From: Eledone cirrhosa
Taxonomy: Eukaryota
DNA: 64,000 bases
Direction: 5' to 3'
Assembly (NCBI GenBank): GCA_964016885.1
Contig: OZ024740.1
Span: 239,134,001-239,198,000 of the forward strand
Shown: positions 13,688-26,932 of the stretch, in pieces
How positions within the stretch are numbered: position 1 is the first letter of the stretch
Layout of the letters: each line of letters begins with the position of its first letter
Translations under genes and position numbers: made by a program
The notes under the pieces: model-generated
What the model was told of the DNA's origin: nothing
Databases searched by the model: none
The model's input: only the letters and a program-made list of their open reading frames with translations

Positions 13688-13969
13688 TGAGACAGTAAAC
13701 AAAAAAACAAAAACAAAAAACAACGTGGCAGCGATGAGGCAGTACAAATGTTAATATTAGTGGGGTGTATATATATATACATATATGGTGAGAATACTAG
13801 AAAGCGTGAGGGTCTTTGGGGAGCTGTATATAAAGCAAGTCCGTTCTGTAGTATCTGTCACCCCTCTTCGTTGTTGATGAGAATCCTAAAACAGCCTATC
13901 GCCATGTTAGATTCCTTCGTAGAGAGAAACAATTTTGAACAACACCTCACAGACGCCGCTGTATATCTG

Positions 13970-14138
13970 TAGCAGCAGCAGCAGTAGCAGCAGCAGTAGT
14001 AGCAGTAGTAGCAGCAGCAGCAGTAGTAGCAGCAGTAGCAGTAGTAGTAGTATTAGTATTAGTAGTAGCAGCAACAGCAGGTGTAACAACAGCAACAGCT
14101 GTAACAACAACAACAGCAGCAGCAATAGTAAAAAAAGC

Positions 14139-14188
<50 letters not shown>

Positions 14189-14535
14189 CGAAATTAGGAA
14201 CTGCAACAGTGCCAGCAGCAGCAGCAGCTTAGTATCAACAGCGCCACAGGTAGCTGCAGTATAGTAGTAGTAGTAGCAGTAATAAATGCAGTAGTAGTAG
14301 TAGTAGCAGCAGCAGTAATAAATGCAGTAGTATTAGCAGCAGCAGTAGTAGTAGTAGTAGTAGTAGCAGCAGCAGTAATGAATGCAGTAGTATTAGCAGC
14401 AGCAGCAGTAGTAGTAGTAGTAGTAGTAGTAGCAGCAGTAATAAATGCAGTATTATTAGCAGTAGTAGTAGTAGTAGTAGTAGCAGTAGTAGCAGCAGCA
14501 GTAATAAATGCAGTATTATTAACAGCAGCAGCAGC

Positions 14536-14576
<41 letters not shown>

Positions 14577-14820
14577 CAGTAGTAGCAGTAGCAGTAATAA
14601 ATGCAGTAGTATTAACAGCAGCAGCAGTAGTAGTAGTAGTAGTAGCAGCAGCAGCAGTAATAAATGCAGTATTATTAGCAGCAGTATTATTGCAGTATTA
14701 TTAGCAGTATTATTATTAGCAGCAGCAGCAGTAGTAGTAGTAGTAGTAGTAGCAGTAGTAGCAGCAGTAATAAATGTAGTAGTATTAGCAGCAACTGTGG
14801 TAGTAGTAGTAGTAGTAGTA
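13970..14820. repeat. Compound (GCA/GTA/CAA)n satellite with recurring gtaataaatgca node
   Basis: Directly visible. Confidence 0.9.
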
Positions 14821-15357
14821 GAGGTTGCCTACATTTATTACACTACTACTACTTTATAACAGATACTTAACAACGCGCTGTTCAGCGTATTTTGCACGAC
14901 GCATCTCTAGTTGATAAACTAAATCAGTGATTGTGTCACAGACAAACATACGCACGCGCAGTAGTATACATTACCGCAGACTCCCGTTTACACATTCTGC
15001 GATAAAGTATACACACTTTCAAGTAAACAACACCAGCACTTTACGAATACATTCGTATATATATATATAGGTAGATATATCTGTATATTTTATTTATATT
15101 AGCTGCAACTATCATTCTTTCGGCTTTTATTTTATATAGAAATAGAATTACACTAACTTTACTATTAAATATATTATATTTTCCAAGTCAGGATACAAAT
15201 AATCAGCAGTTAGTGAGTTTGTGTGTATGTGGATACGTCTGCATGTGTGCATGCTGTTAAGAGGGTGCACACACAAACATAGAAACATAGAAACAAACAC
15301 ACACATACATACATAACCCCAGGAACTTAACTGAAACTAACTTCCCTCACTACTGCA

Positions 15358-15430
15358 ATGGCTGTCTCGGATGAGAAATATGTTGTGCTTGCTCTTGATG
15401 AGAGCGAACATTCGGAATATGCTTTCGATT
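15358..15430 (+). CDS. First coding exon of a universal stress protein (UspA-like) gene; later exons not found
   Basis: MAVSDEKYVVLALDESEHSEYAFD(W), matching the USP beta1-alpha1 pattern VVxAxDxSxxSxxAF(D)W; ends at donor T|GTAAGT (phase 1); gcaATGG start context. Confidence 0.7.
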
Positions 15431-15651
15431 GTAAGTAAATATTTCATTATTCATTTCTCCCTAACAACGTACTGCAACCATTATTACTGTAATATTTACT
15501 TAATCACTGTCACAAACATTTTCTTTTCTACCATCGAACCAAACTGCGAAGGAAGCCTTTTACTAGATTGTTTGTTCGACCCATTAGAATTCTCCTCAAA
15601 TCACTTCCACACTTTTGCTGTGTTAAAAGAAAGAGAAGTATACACTGGACA

Positions 15652-15846
15652 ACACACCTGTCACCCCTTTTGGGGTGGGTGGGTGAGAGTTGTCTTCTCT
15701 TGTGAAAATGGGTACTGCTTTCATTATGCACTGGGATAATTGCTGGCCTGGTGCCAAACGTAGAAACATTTGTGTAAAATCTCCCTATTTTGGGGTACTG
15801 TTTTTCACGGTACTTTCCGTTTCGTTTTAAGAGGTTGGCAGGTCTG
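15652..15846 (+). mobile_element. MITE-like element (TIR cacacctgtca / tggcaggtctg) with internal SINE piece
   Basis: Terminal inverted sequences; inverted sister copy at 17445-17736. Confidence 0.5.
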
Positions 15847-16509
15847 GGACAATGTAATCCCTGATATAGAAAATTACAGATTGGTTTGGTTACTATTGGA
15901 GAATCTGTGATCATAGAATAGGCCTTCTCGATCGGAGCAGACCCGTTGCTAAACATGAAGTTTGTTTTTCGTTTTCTGAAATAAAAAAAAAAACCTTCCA
16001 AAAATCAAAAACTTTTTTGTTCGAAGTAGTTAATACTAGGTACTTTAAATTGGCGGTACAGCATCAATGTCATTTCCAGCTTCCCCACTAACTCGCGTGC
16101 GCCTCCACACATATACACACATACTTACACACGCCCCCCCCCCCCCCACACACACATAACATAAATATATACCTGTGCAGAAATACTTTCACTTTCCACA
16201 ACATTACACTCATACTTTCTGCCTCTTGGCCCACACTCTCATTCATGTACTACCACACCCACTTACAAACACTACCCTTTTCTTCTTCTTCTTCTTCTTC
16301 TTCTTCTAAATCCTGTTTACATGTAATTTTGTTCTAGAAACTTGCCCTATACTATACGTTATTTTTGGTAATTGCAATCGTCACCCCCCCCCCCCCCCCA
16401 ACCATCACTATCACGATCCTTCCCACACCAACTCAACCATCATCACTCCTTTCACCCCCCCCCCATCAACAGAATACCACAGTAGCAATAACTATTTCAT
16501 TAGATTGGC

Positions 16510-17050
16510 AGGTAAAATCAACTTGAGCGGGATTTGAACGCAGAGAGATAGCATAATAATTGTTTCTACGTTAGGCACAAGGCCAGCAATACCCAGTGTA
16601 TTACTGGTACTTTATTTTATCGACCCCGTAAGGATGAAAGGCAAAGTTAAATGGTTTCTAATTTAGATACAGGACCAACAATTTAGGGAAGGGGAAAGTT
16701 GAGTACATTGAATCCAGTACTTGGGTGGTACGTTATTTTACCGACCTCGTTAGGATGAAAGGTAAAGTTGAGCTCGGCAGGATTTGAACTTAAATGGCTG
16801 GAAAAAATATCTCAATGCATTTTGTTCGACGCTCTAACGATTCTGCTCTAAAAAAAAACACCTATAATGATGGTTTCTGATTTAGGCACAAGGCCAACAA
16901 TTTGGGGGGAGGGGAAAGTCGATTAAATTTATCCCAGTGCGTTACTCGTGATTTATTTTATCGACCCCGTAAGGATTTGAACTCGGAACATAAATGGTTT
17001 GAAAAAATATCTCAGTGCATTTGTTCGACTCTCTAACGATTGCCCTAAGA
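16510..17050 (-). mobile_element. Cluster of SINE fragments
   Basis: Several ggtactttattttatcgacc-cgtaaggatgaaaggcaaag / ggatttgaactc blocks. Confidence 0.75.
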
Positions 17051-17444
17051 AACACCTATAATAATAACAGCAGTAACAAGAGACAAAAGAATTAGGTGTG
17101 TACGTTTAGTAAAGTAAAATAATATAATAGATATCGACTGTCCAGAAGAGAGTGAGAAAGTCGCAGGTAGGCCAATAGTCATGAGCCTACGATTTCGAAG
17201 GCGTGTATTCCATCCTGATTTTTGTAAGTGGATCATGTAATTTATAAGTGTATATACCTGTAACCGATTCATAAACCACATGTGACTAAATTACATACAT
17301 TTTACATTTGGTTTCGGTCTATTACTAGCTTTACATAGGCCTGGGAATCATTAAACAATGAAGATCTAATCTAAATTTCATAGTAGACAGGAAGTAATAT
17401 TATGGTAGCTTTTGCTGACTTTGGGTTCATTACATCTTATGGAG

Positions 17445-17736
17445 CTAACTGGCAACCTCTAAAAACCCAAAACGGAGAGTACCATAAAAAAAGTGCCCCA
17501 AAATGGGAAGAAATGAGGCAAAATGGAGAGAGTTTACATAATTGGTTTTACTTTTGGCACAAGGCCAGCAATTACCCAGTACATTACTGGTACTTTATTT
17601 TATCGACCCCGTAAGGATGAAAGGCAAAGTTAACCTCGACGGGATTTGAACTCAGACCGTAAAGGGATGTAACTATGCTAGAATGAAAGCTATATCCATT
17701 TTCACAGGGGTGGGACAGGAAGAGTTGACAGGTCTG
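17445..17736 (-). mobile_element. Sister MITE copy with a longer SINE insert
   Basis: ctggcaacctctaaaa..gttgacaggtctg; SINE at about 17540-17682. Confidence 0.5.
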
Positions 17737-18395
17737 TAACTCGTTTCCTTTGACATTCATAAGAGTCACTAAAGATCTGCCATTGTTAATTATTAATGAG
17801 ACGAAGCAACCAATTTTATTGTCGCACACCTTTCATAAATAAATCTCGTAAAACAACTTGTTAGACGGTTTTGAATTTAACGTCAAATTATTCATCGTTA
17901 AAAGATGTCACCATAAATCCATAACTTTTGAATTTGAATACAGCATATATGAATTTGCTTATTTTGTTTCTATTTTAATTGTGTATATTCGAAAAAACAT
18001 TAAATAAATTGTATTCCACAGATGTCTTTTCTAAAGCAAATGATATAAATTATTACTAACAAAAAGTCAAGCTTATTGTTGATTTGTTGAATTGATACTT
18101 GAAACCGCTAAGAACTTGTCTAGAAACATTGCTGATTGAATTCAATAATTCATAACACGAGGCCAAATAGATGATTAATATCAGTTTAAATATGATAACT
18201 GAACATTAAAGATGTGAATATAAATTTGACTATAGTGTATAATATAAACATGGTTGTTGTCATTTAAATGGAGACCTACTCTAACCCAGCAGGCCTATGT
18301 TTAGTTGTTATTTTTCTAGTAGGTAATAGCGACTTCAGTGAAAAATACATTCAAGTGTGTGCAGGGAAAAAGGAAGGTAAATGATGATGATGGTA

Positions 18396-18499
<104 letters not shown>

Positions 18500-18622
18500 G
18501 GAGGTGAGTTTTATTGTAGTACAATAAAGCAATGCAGATATTGGATAAGAAGCACTCTACAGTTTGTAGGACTGGAGTATAAATAATATATAAGATCAAA
18601 AGATGGTTAAAAGAGTTCCATG

Positions 18623-18693
18623 TATTTTATTATGCGCATTTCAAAAACAAATATCATCATGCAATAACATTTGCGTTTTCGTCAGATAAAACA
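18623..18693 (-). ncRNA. Hammerhead ribozyme, family H6
   Basis: Mirror copy of 18796-18866. Confidence 0.78.
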
Positions 18694-18795
18694 GGGAGAC
18701 ATGATATGAAGGTTAAAACACACTTGTGAATAGTGCAGTTTTAAATCAACATGCACTATTCACAAGTGTGTTTTAACCTTCATATCATGTCTCCC

Positions 18796-18866
18796 TATTT
18801 TATCTGACGAAAACGCAAATGTTATTGCATGATGATATTTGTTTTTGAAATGCGCATAATAAAATA
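18796..18866 (+). ncRNA. Hammerhead ribozyme, family H6
   Basis: tattttat-CTGACGA-aaa..caaatgttatt/gatgatatttg..ttt-GAAA-tgcgcaT-A-ataaaata; perfect 8-bp stem I, palindromic ATGCGCAT stem III. Confidence 0.82.
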
Positions 18867-18898
18867 CATGGAACTCTTTTAACCATCTTTTGATCTTA

Positions 18899-18938
<40 letters not shown>

Positions 18939-19053
18939 CCAGCCCGCCCGCCCGTCCCTTCAATCTGTCTAATTTCTCATTCTTTCTTCTGATGAAGGAC
19001 TAAACGTTAAGACCCTCTGCCTGCTATTTCAAGCATTAACCTAATATATTATA

Positions 19054-20965
19054 CTAGCAGAAGTGCCCGGCGTTGCTCGGAGTTAAATTGCTTTAAAGTA
19101 CTTTTAATGATTCCACTCAATTATGAATATTGAGGCATTGAAAGTAAGTACGGGTAAGTTTGAAAATATACAACAATAGCATCTACTCACTATATGTCAG
19201 ACCGGCAAGACTGCAGTAGTGCTGAATAGAGGAGTCACAACACCTCTCTGTAGACCACATTTTTTGTTCTGCCTTTGGGCGCAAGTATGAATAAGTTCTG
19301 CTTGCATCCCACTCTTGAGCATGCGACGTATAATTGGCCGTGTGAGAAGCACGGCTGGGCTAAATGCAGGCCTGCCGTTGATAGCGTTTGGCCTTGGGAC
19401 TTGTTGATTGACATCGCTAAGTTTAACGGGGAATTGAAGTCGGCGCAGAGTACAGAGGGATTCCGTACCTGATGGAGTTAACGGTATTCTGGGTAGGAAG
19501 ACGTTTTCTGTAGCACCGCAGCTCGTGAGAATTGTGGCTTCAATTACATGCGGCAGGAGGTTTCTTACCACTAACCGTGTTCCGTTGCAGAGACGTGGTG
19601 GTTCCATGTTCTTCAACAGCATGACTGCAGTCCCAACTTCGACGCGCAGTTCATGAGGTGGCAGTTGAGAGAGGTCCAAGGAATTGAGGAATTCTGTTGG
19701 AAAATCGTCAACCTCATCTTTGTCCACCACTTTATCCACAGATTTGTAGGTACGGAGGTTTCCAGCAATGCGTTGCAGAAGGTCCTCATTGATTTTTGCA
19801 ACTGAGACATTTTTGGGAGCCAATATGGCTCTATCACATAGCCAACTCGTGTTTTTGTAGTTGGTCGCCATATCAGGAAATACAGAGGCTGTGAGGTCGT
19901 CAACAGTGTCGACAACGGTGCCTACTTGCGAGACTGCCATTCCTCCAGCTGCATCTGAAGGTGCAGTGCCGTCACCAACTGTTAAGAGGTCCTTTGAGAA
20001 GTTGGCTGCTGAGTGGTCGCCGAGCAGTTGGGCTCTCATGTTTGTTGTGAGGGTCAGGATTGTCACTTCCTGCCACAAGGAAGATGACTTAATGCAAGCC
20101 CCCACAGTGTCGGCCCTGATGCCTTTTGGAACAACTGGAAGAGTTTGTCGAAAATCACCAGACAGCAGTAGAGGTACTCCTCCCATCGGCCGGTTGCATT
20201 CCCTGATGTCTCGTAGGGTCCTGTCTAACGCCTCAAGGGACCCTTTATGGGCCATTGTGCATTCGTCCCACACAATTAGGTGACATCTTTTCAAGACTTC
20301 AGCTTTGTCAGAGTCCTTGGTGATGTTGCAGGTTATTGTGTCGTCTGAAGTCGTGTTGAATGGCAGTTTAAATGCGGAATGAGCTGTCCTACCTCCGGGC
20401 AGCAGAGTTGCGGCAATGGCAGAAGAAGCCACAGCCAGGGCAATTCCTTTCTGCTGTCGCACTTTGGCGAGGAGGAGTTTATTGACGAATGTTTTACCAG
20501 TTCCTCCTGGGGCGTCCAAAAAGAAGATACCTCCTCTGTGTTGACGAATGGAAGTGCAAACTGTGTCATACGCCTGCCGTTGGTCCTGCAACAATTTCGG
20601 CTCGTTTTCGTTGATGAACAGTTCGAGGGCGTAGACGTCGTAGGCAGTTTCCTGAATTATGCCCGTCGGAAGTTAGTCGGAGCCCGTTTGCTGAACTTTT
20701 GGCAGTCCATAGAATGGAAGGTCATTTCCGCCGGCAGTTAGGATTTTGTTCTCGATGTCAATGAGAGCTTTGTTGAAGAATTCGTCGCTGAGTCGTACGT
20801 CGGAATGAGGGAGTAGCAGTTGTCCTTGGTGTATGTAGTCATCGGAAAGGTCCTCTTTGTATTTGTCCCATAAGGATGCAGGGTGGCTTAACTCGCATGT
20901 CTGCAGTAGCACCGCAAAGAGTTGCCGAAGAGTTCGCGCTGAGCGTATTGTAGCTGCCTAGGCCA
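19054..20965 (-). mobile_element. Helitron, 5'-truncated, with intact 3' terminus
   Basis: Minus strand ends ccgagcaacgccgggcacttctgCTAG|T (subterminal hairpin plus CTAG); contains a helicase reading frame. Confidence 0.9.
19235..20960 (-). pseudogene. Helitron RepHel C-terminal Pif1-like SF1B helicase, disrupted
   Basis: FLDAPGGTGKT, GGRTAHS, IVWDEC, GDFRQTLPV, LCNGTRL, RLQFP; in-frame stop near 20673; frameshift near 19415 before AMSINKSQGQT..SHGQLYVACSRV..NVVYREVL*. Confidence 0.9.
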
Positions 20966-21110
20966 TTGTGAATCTTGCATGCATTAATTTCAACTCTTCT
21001 TATTAATAACTGCATCGTTTCATTCCAGGAACTTTATTGAAAAATAAACCTCATTTGGTCATTCCATGAGAATGTCTTGTTCAACCTATGAACTGTTCAG
21101 CCGACCCTCG
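20966..21110. mobile_element. Truncated mariner-type MITE
   Basis: Matches 41372-41550; ends ..accctcg-TA. Confidence 0.65.
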
Positions 21111-21201
21111 TATATATAAAACAGGATGGATTCAGTTTGAAACTGGTTTGACCATTACTCAACTGAGCACTCGATACTTTGTGTTTACTCTGGACGATAA
21201 T

Positions 21202-21252
21202 GCATTCCTGATGATTACATACGAATGAAACAGTTCTAGTACTGTAGACTGC
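21202..21252 (+). ncRNA. Hammerhead ribozyme, family H7
   Basis: gcattc-CTGATGA-ttacatacgaat-GAAA-cagt..actgT-A-gactgc; stem I 5 of 6 pairs, weak stem II. Confidence 0.6.
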
Positions 21253-21469
21253 CTTATATATATATATAGTGAAAGAATGAAGAGTAACATGGTTGGCTGT
21301 ACAACAAGGGGCTTTATTTCAGGTATTAACAATTGTTTCATTGGTCAGGTGAGTCTAGAGGCCGCTAATCACTCGAAGTTGCGTCACTCGATCTCCATTA
21401 CATTATTTACCTCTGATCAACTCCAAGTATAACCTACATAGCAATTCCCGCTGTCTAACTATGGAAACA

Positions 21470-21660
21470 TCTTGTTGAGTGGTTAGAGAATTGGATTCAC
21501 AATCTTGAGATTGTAAGTTCCATTCCTGGACCGGGCGATACGTTATGTCCTTGAGCAAGACACTTTATTTCTCGCTTCTCCTTCTACCTGGAGTTGCAAC
21601 CGATAGATAGTACTAGCAACTGGAAAGACCGACGAAAACATTCGGTCCGATTTGATGAAA
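21470..21660 (+). mobile_element. Second tRNA-derived SINE family
   Basis: agtggttagag..A/B-box-like..gtccttgagcaagacacttt; relatives at about 47190-47340, 57440-57650(-), 59400-59700(-) and 63040-63115. Confidence 0.6.
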
Positions 21661-21667
21661 GTCGATC

Positions 21668-23507
<1,840 letters not shown>

Positions 23508-23719
23508 GTAAACAACTATGTAGTTTTATACAGATAACAGTAGATATACGTTCGTTCGTTCATTGTAAACGAAAGTATAGTCGATTAAATTTGCTTATAT
23601 ATGTATAAATACATACCAGACACCCACTCCACATCAAACGTCTGCCGAACACTTGAACACATTTGTACGTAAAATCATAGTAATTTGATGTATGTATATG
23701 TATGTATGAATGTATGTAT

Positions 23720-24008
23720 GTATATATGCGTTGCTTTATATCTGGCATTGCTTTATATCTGGAGATCTCTCTTTATATCTGTATATCTGGCAGTGCTTTA
23801 TATCTGGAAACCTCTCAGCACTTGTCGTCACATGGTACCATGGGTCCAGCACTATGTGTCAATAATTGTCACAAGTGTAGTGTTTGTACCAGAGTTTTCA
23901 AGTCGTTGGCTGGACTTAAATGTCACATTCGTTCAGCGCATCGGTAGGGGTTCTCCTACATGGATATAAAGTAGTGGCCGTACTCGAAAACGAGTTGGCA
24001 GTCACCAT
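23720..24008 (+). mobile_element. 3' end of RTE-like LINE (family C) with C2H2 finger and (TATG)n tail
   Basis: CSVCTRVFKSLAGLKCHIRSAHR*; copies at 44651-45037 and 61886-62281. Confidence 0.65.
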
Positions 24009-24145
24009 GTATATATGTATGTATCTATGTATGTATGTATGAATGAATGTATGTATGTATGTATGTATGTATGTATGTATGTATGTATGTATGTATGTAT
24101 GTATGTATGTATGTATGTATGTATGTATGAATGAATGAATGAATG

Positions 24146-24462
24146 TAATTTCGAGTACATTTTTGACCGGCCACCTTCCTGGTGACAAGGTTGTAAAAGA
24201 AAAGAAATTGTCATCCCTTGAATCGCAAGAATGTTTTGCAAATTTTGAAGGTGCCAGCTATCGCAGCCATTTGTAGACTATGAATTAGGGAGCTGCGCTC
24301 TTTGTCCGCAAATCCAAGTTCAGTTGTACATTGGTCCAAGTGGGTTGGTATATAACCCGTAACTCCGATAATGATGGGTATGAAGCTGAGAGTGTATCTT
24401 GGATACCGGATTTGTAAACTCCTCATCAATGGTCCGTAGATGTCCTCCTTCTCCTGTATTTT
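24146..24462 (-). mobile_element. 3' fragment of R4-like retrotransposon, family B
   Basis: KIQEKEDIYGPLMRSLQ..IPIIIGVTG..KICKTFL; near-identical to 43725-44050; flanked by (TATG)n. Confidence 0.8.
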
Positions 24463-24629
24463 TGTATGTATGTATGTATGTATGTATGTATGTATGTATG
24501 TATGTATGTATGTATGTATGTATGTATGTATGAATGAATGCTTGTATGTATTTATGTATGTATGTATGTATGTCTGTATGTATGTATTTATGTATGTATG
24601 TATGTATGTATGTCTGTATATATATATAA

Positions 24630-24920
24630 GTTCTTTTGGTTTTATAATTTCACAAATTTTTACCAATAGAGAGAAAGTCAGTTTCTAACATAGACACAAG
24701 ACTCTCTCATTGGAATTTAAACAATATCAACTAGGTAGATATGTCTGCATGTCTGCATGCATACATGTGTGTTAAGGTATGGATGTTATTGTGTGTGTGG
24801 ATGTGTATGTTTTGAGTTATATGTATGCATGTGCATATCTGCACATATGTACATGTGTACATGGACTTATTACATGCATAATCTTTGAAATGTTTTACAT
24901 ATTTTTACTGTATTGTACAT
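24630..24920 (-). mobile_element. 3' UTR fragment of R4-like family A
   Basis: Matches 41575-41880. Confidence 0.7.
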
Positions 24921-24950
24921 GTATGTATGTATGGATGGATGTGCGTGCGT

Positions 24951-24987
<37 letters not shown>

Positions 24988-25335
24988 TGTGAGTGTGTGT
25001 GTGCCTATCTCTGTATGTAGGTAGAAACGGTGTAAATGAGATACTGGTTAATATCTGGGTCATCATTTCTAATCTTCTGTATTACATTTCATTGTATTTT
25101 CGTGTAGGATTCTTAGTTCTTAGTTCTGTGTGTCACTTTACCAATCAGGTATCGATTCTGTATCCTCTGAAGTAGTTATTGTTGCCATCGATTAGCCTTC
25201 TATAATGTAGTATATGAGTAGTTGGCGTTACATTTCAATTTTAACTAATGTATCTGATTCCAGTTAATAAATTCTAGTTCAGTTATATATGTGTGTATAT
25301 ATACATATATATACATATATAATATAAATATATGC

Positions 25336-25439
<104 letters not shown>

Positions 25440-25472
25440 GTATATATATATATATATATATATACGTATATA

Positions 25473-25521
<49 letters not shown>

Positions 25522-25593
25522 GCATATATGTATATATATATATATATACGCATATATATATATATATACGCATATATATATATATATATACGC

Positions 25594-25627
<34 letters not shown>

Positions 25628-25682
25628 ACGCACATATATACATATAATGCTAATTAATCCTAGGCGGTCGAGTTTGCACTAT

Positions 25683-25835
25683 ATGTAAATGAGCATCTCC
25701 AGCCGATGTTTCACACGCAAAAAGCATATGAGCTGTAGCTTAGTCTTGTCTCAGCATCGAGTGAGTAAATGTCACTAATTATGGATAACAATCCAGAAAC
25801 ACGTGTATCACCTGTTTCTGAGAAGCGAGACTTTT
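25683..25835 (+). other. Degenerate octamer/TATA plus hairpin-enclosed hammerhead element (family H8)
   Basis: ATGTAAAT-34 nt-catatg; agtcttg..tctcag / ctgaga..cgagact enclosing ctaatta (degenerate core)-tggat/atcca-GAAACACGTGTA. Confidence 0.5.
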
Positions 25836-25934
25836 GTGTGTGTATTATTATACATTAACAAGGGCGGTGCCCCAGCATGGCCTCAGCTGGATGGCTGGAA
25901 CAGGTAAAAGAGTAAAAGAGTAAACATAAACAAT

Positions 25935-26126
25935 GGCGGTGGAATGGCAGTATCGGTAGAGGGTCGGACGCCATGCTTTGACGCATAGAGTTACGCCCCT
26001 TGCCATTCTGAGTTCAAATCCCGCCGAGGTTAACTTTGCCTTTCATCCTTACGGGGTCGATAAAATAAAGTACCAGCAATGCACTGGGTAATTGCTGGCC
26101 TTGTGCCAAAAGTAGAAACAATTATT
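25935..26126 (+). mobile_element. Full-length tRNA-derived SINE
   Basis: A-box-like TGGCAGTATCGGTAGAG, B-box GAGTTCAAATCC, core gcctttcatccttacggggtcgataaa; TSD-like acataaaca. Confidence 0.88.
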
Positions 26127-26873
26127 ATACATAAACACATCGTATGTTTTTATATTACGAACCACGCTATGCTAGTACTACGTCTAAAAAATTAGTTTAT
26201 ATGGATATATAAAGAATTTTGTAAATATAATATTTATGTCCAGTATATAGCTTTATATGGAAGGCGTTCATATCTCAGCCATTTGCTGTCTCATAGAGAG
26301 TAGCTTGGCGCCAAATTGCTTTTCCTTTGTAAGTACGATTCTTGCCAAGTTTACATTGACATGAAACGGAATTTCCTTTGTCATTCCGCAAAAGAGTAAT
26401 GAACTTAATTCTACAGGATTTCTCAAAACAACCAAAGTGCTTAAGCAGTATAAAAAATGATGATAAAAAAAAACACACCTCCAGAATGAAGCGCCTAACA
26501 TTTTAGATCAAAACGTCTTCGGCTGACTAAGATTCTAATAAAAATATGTTATTATTCTTAACAGACTTGAGATTTAATAGATCTAGATCATGGAATGTGA
26601 AATATGAAGGTACATATCCGATGTGTGTGGTTTATGAAGGGAAAAGCGTTCGTTAATTGGTATCTGGTTGTAAAGTAATCACTGGAAATAACGTTAATGA
26701 TGATGATAAAAGCAGCGACCTAAATTCTGGTCTCTAGACTAGATTGTACTTAAGAATGAAGGTTTTACTGCGAGGTATATCAAGTATCAAGGGGTGTAAC
26801 GCTCGTATGGATATTCATTCATCTTAATAAAATCGTTGAAGCCAAATATTTATCGCCTCTGTTATGCCTCTGT

Positions 26874-26932
<59 letters not shown>

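Larger units (their letters stand above)
18583..18908. repeat. Near-perfect ~155 bp-arm inverted repeat carrying two hammerheads (family H6)
   Basis: Arms 18583-18737 and 18752-18908. Confidence 0.9.

Noticed and set aside
13871-13948. Hammerhead-like gttgTTGATGA..GAAACAATTTTGaacaac
   Set aside because: The core and cleavage site are mutated; at best a dead relic, not counted.
25935-26030. tRNA gene suggested by A/B boxes
   Set aside because: It is the head of a multicopy SINE; box spacing is too long and no cloverleaf forms.
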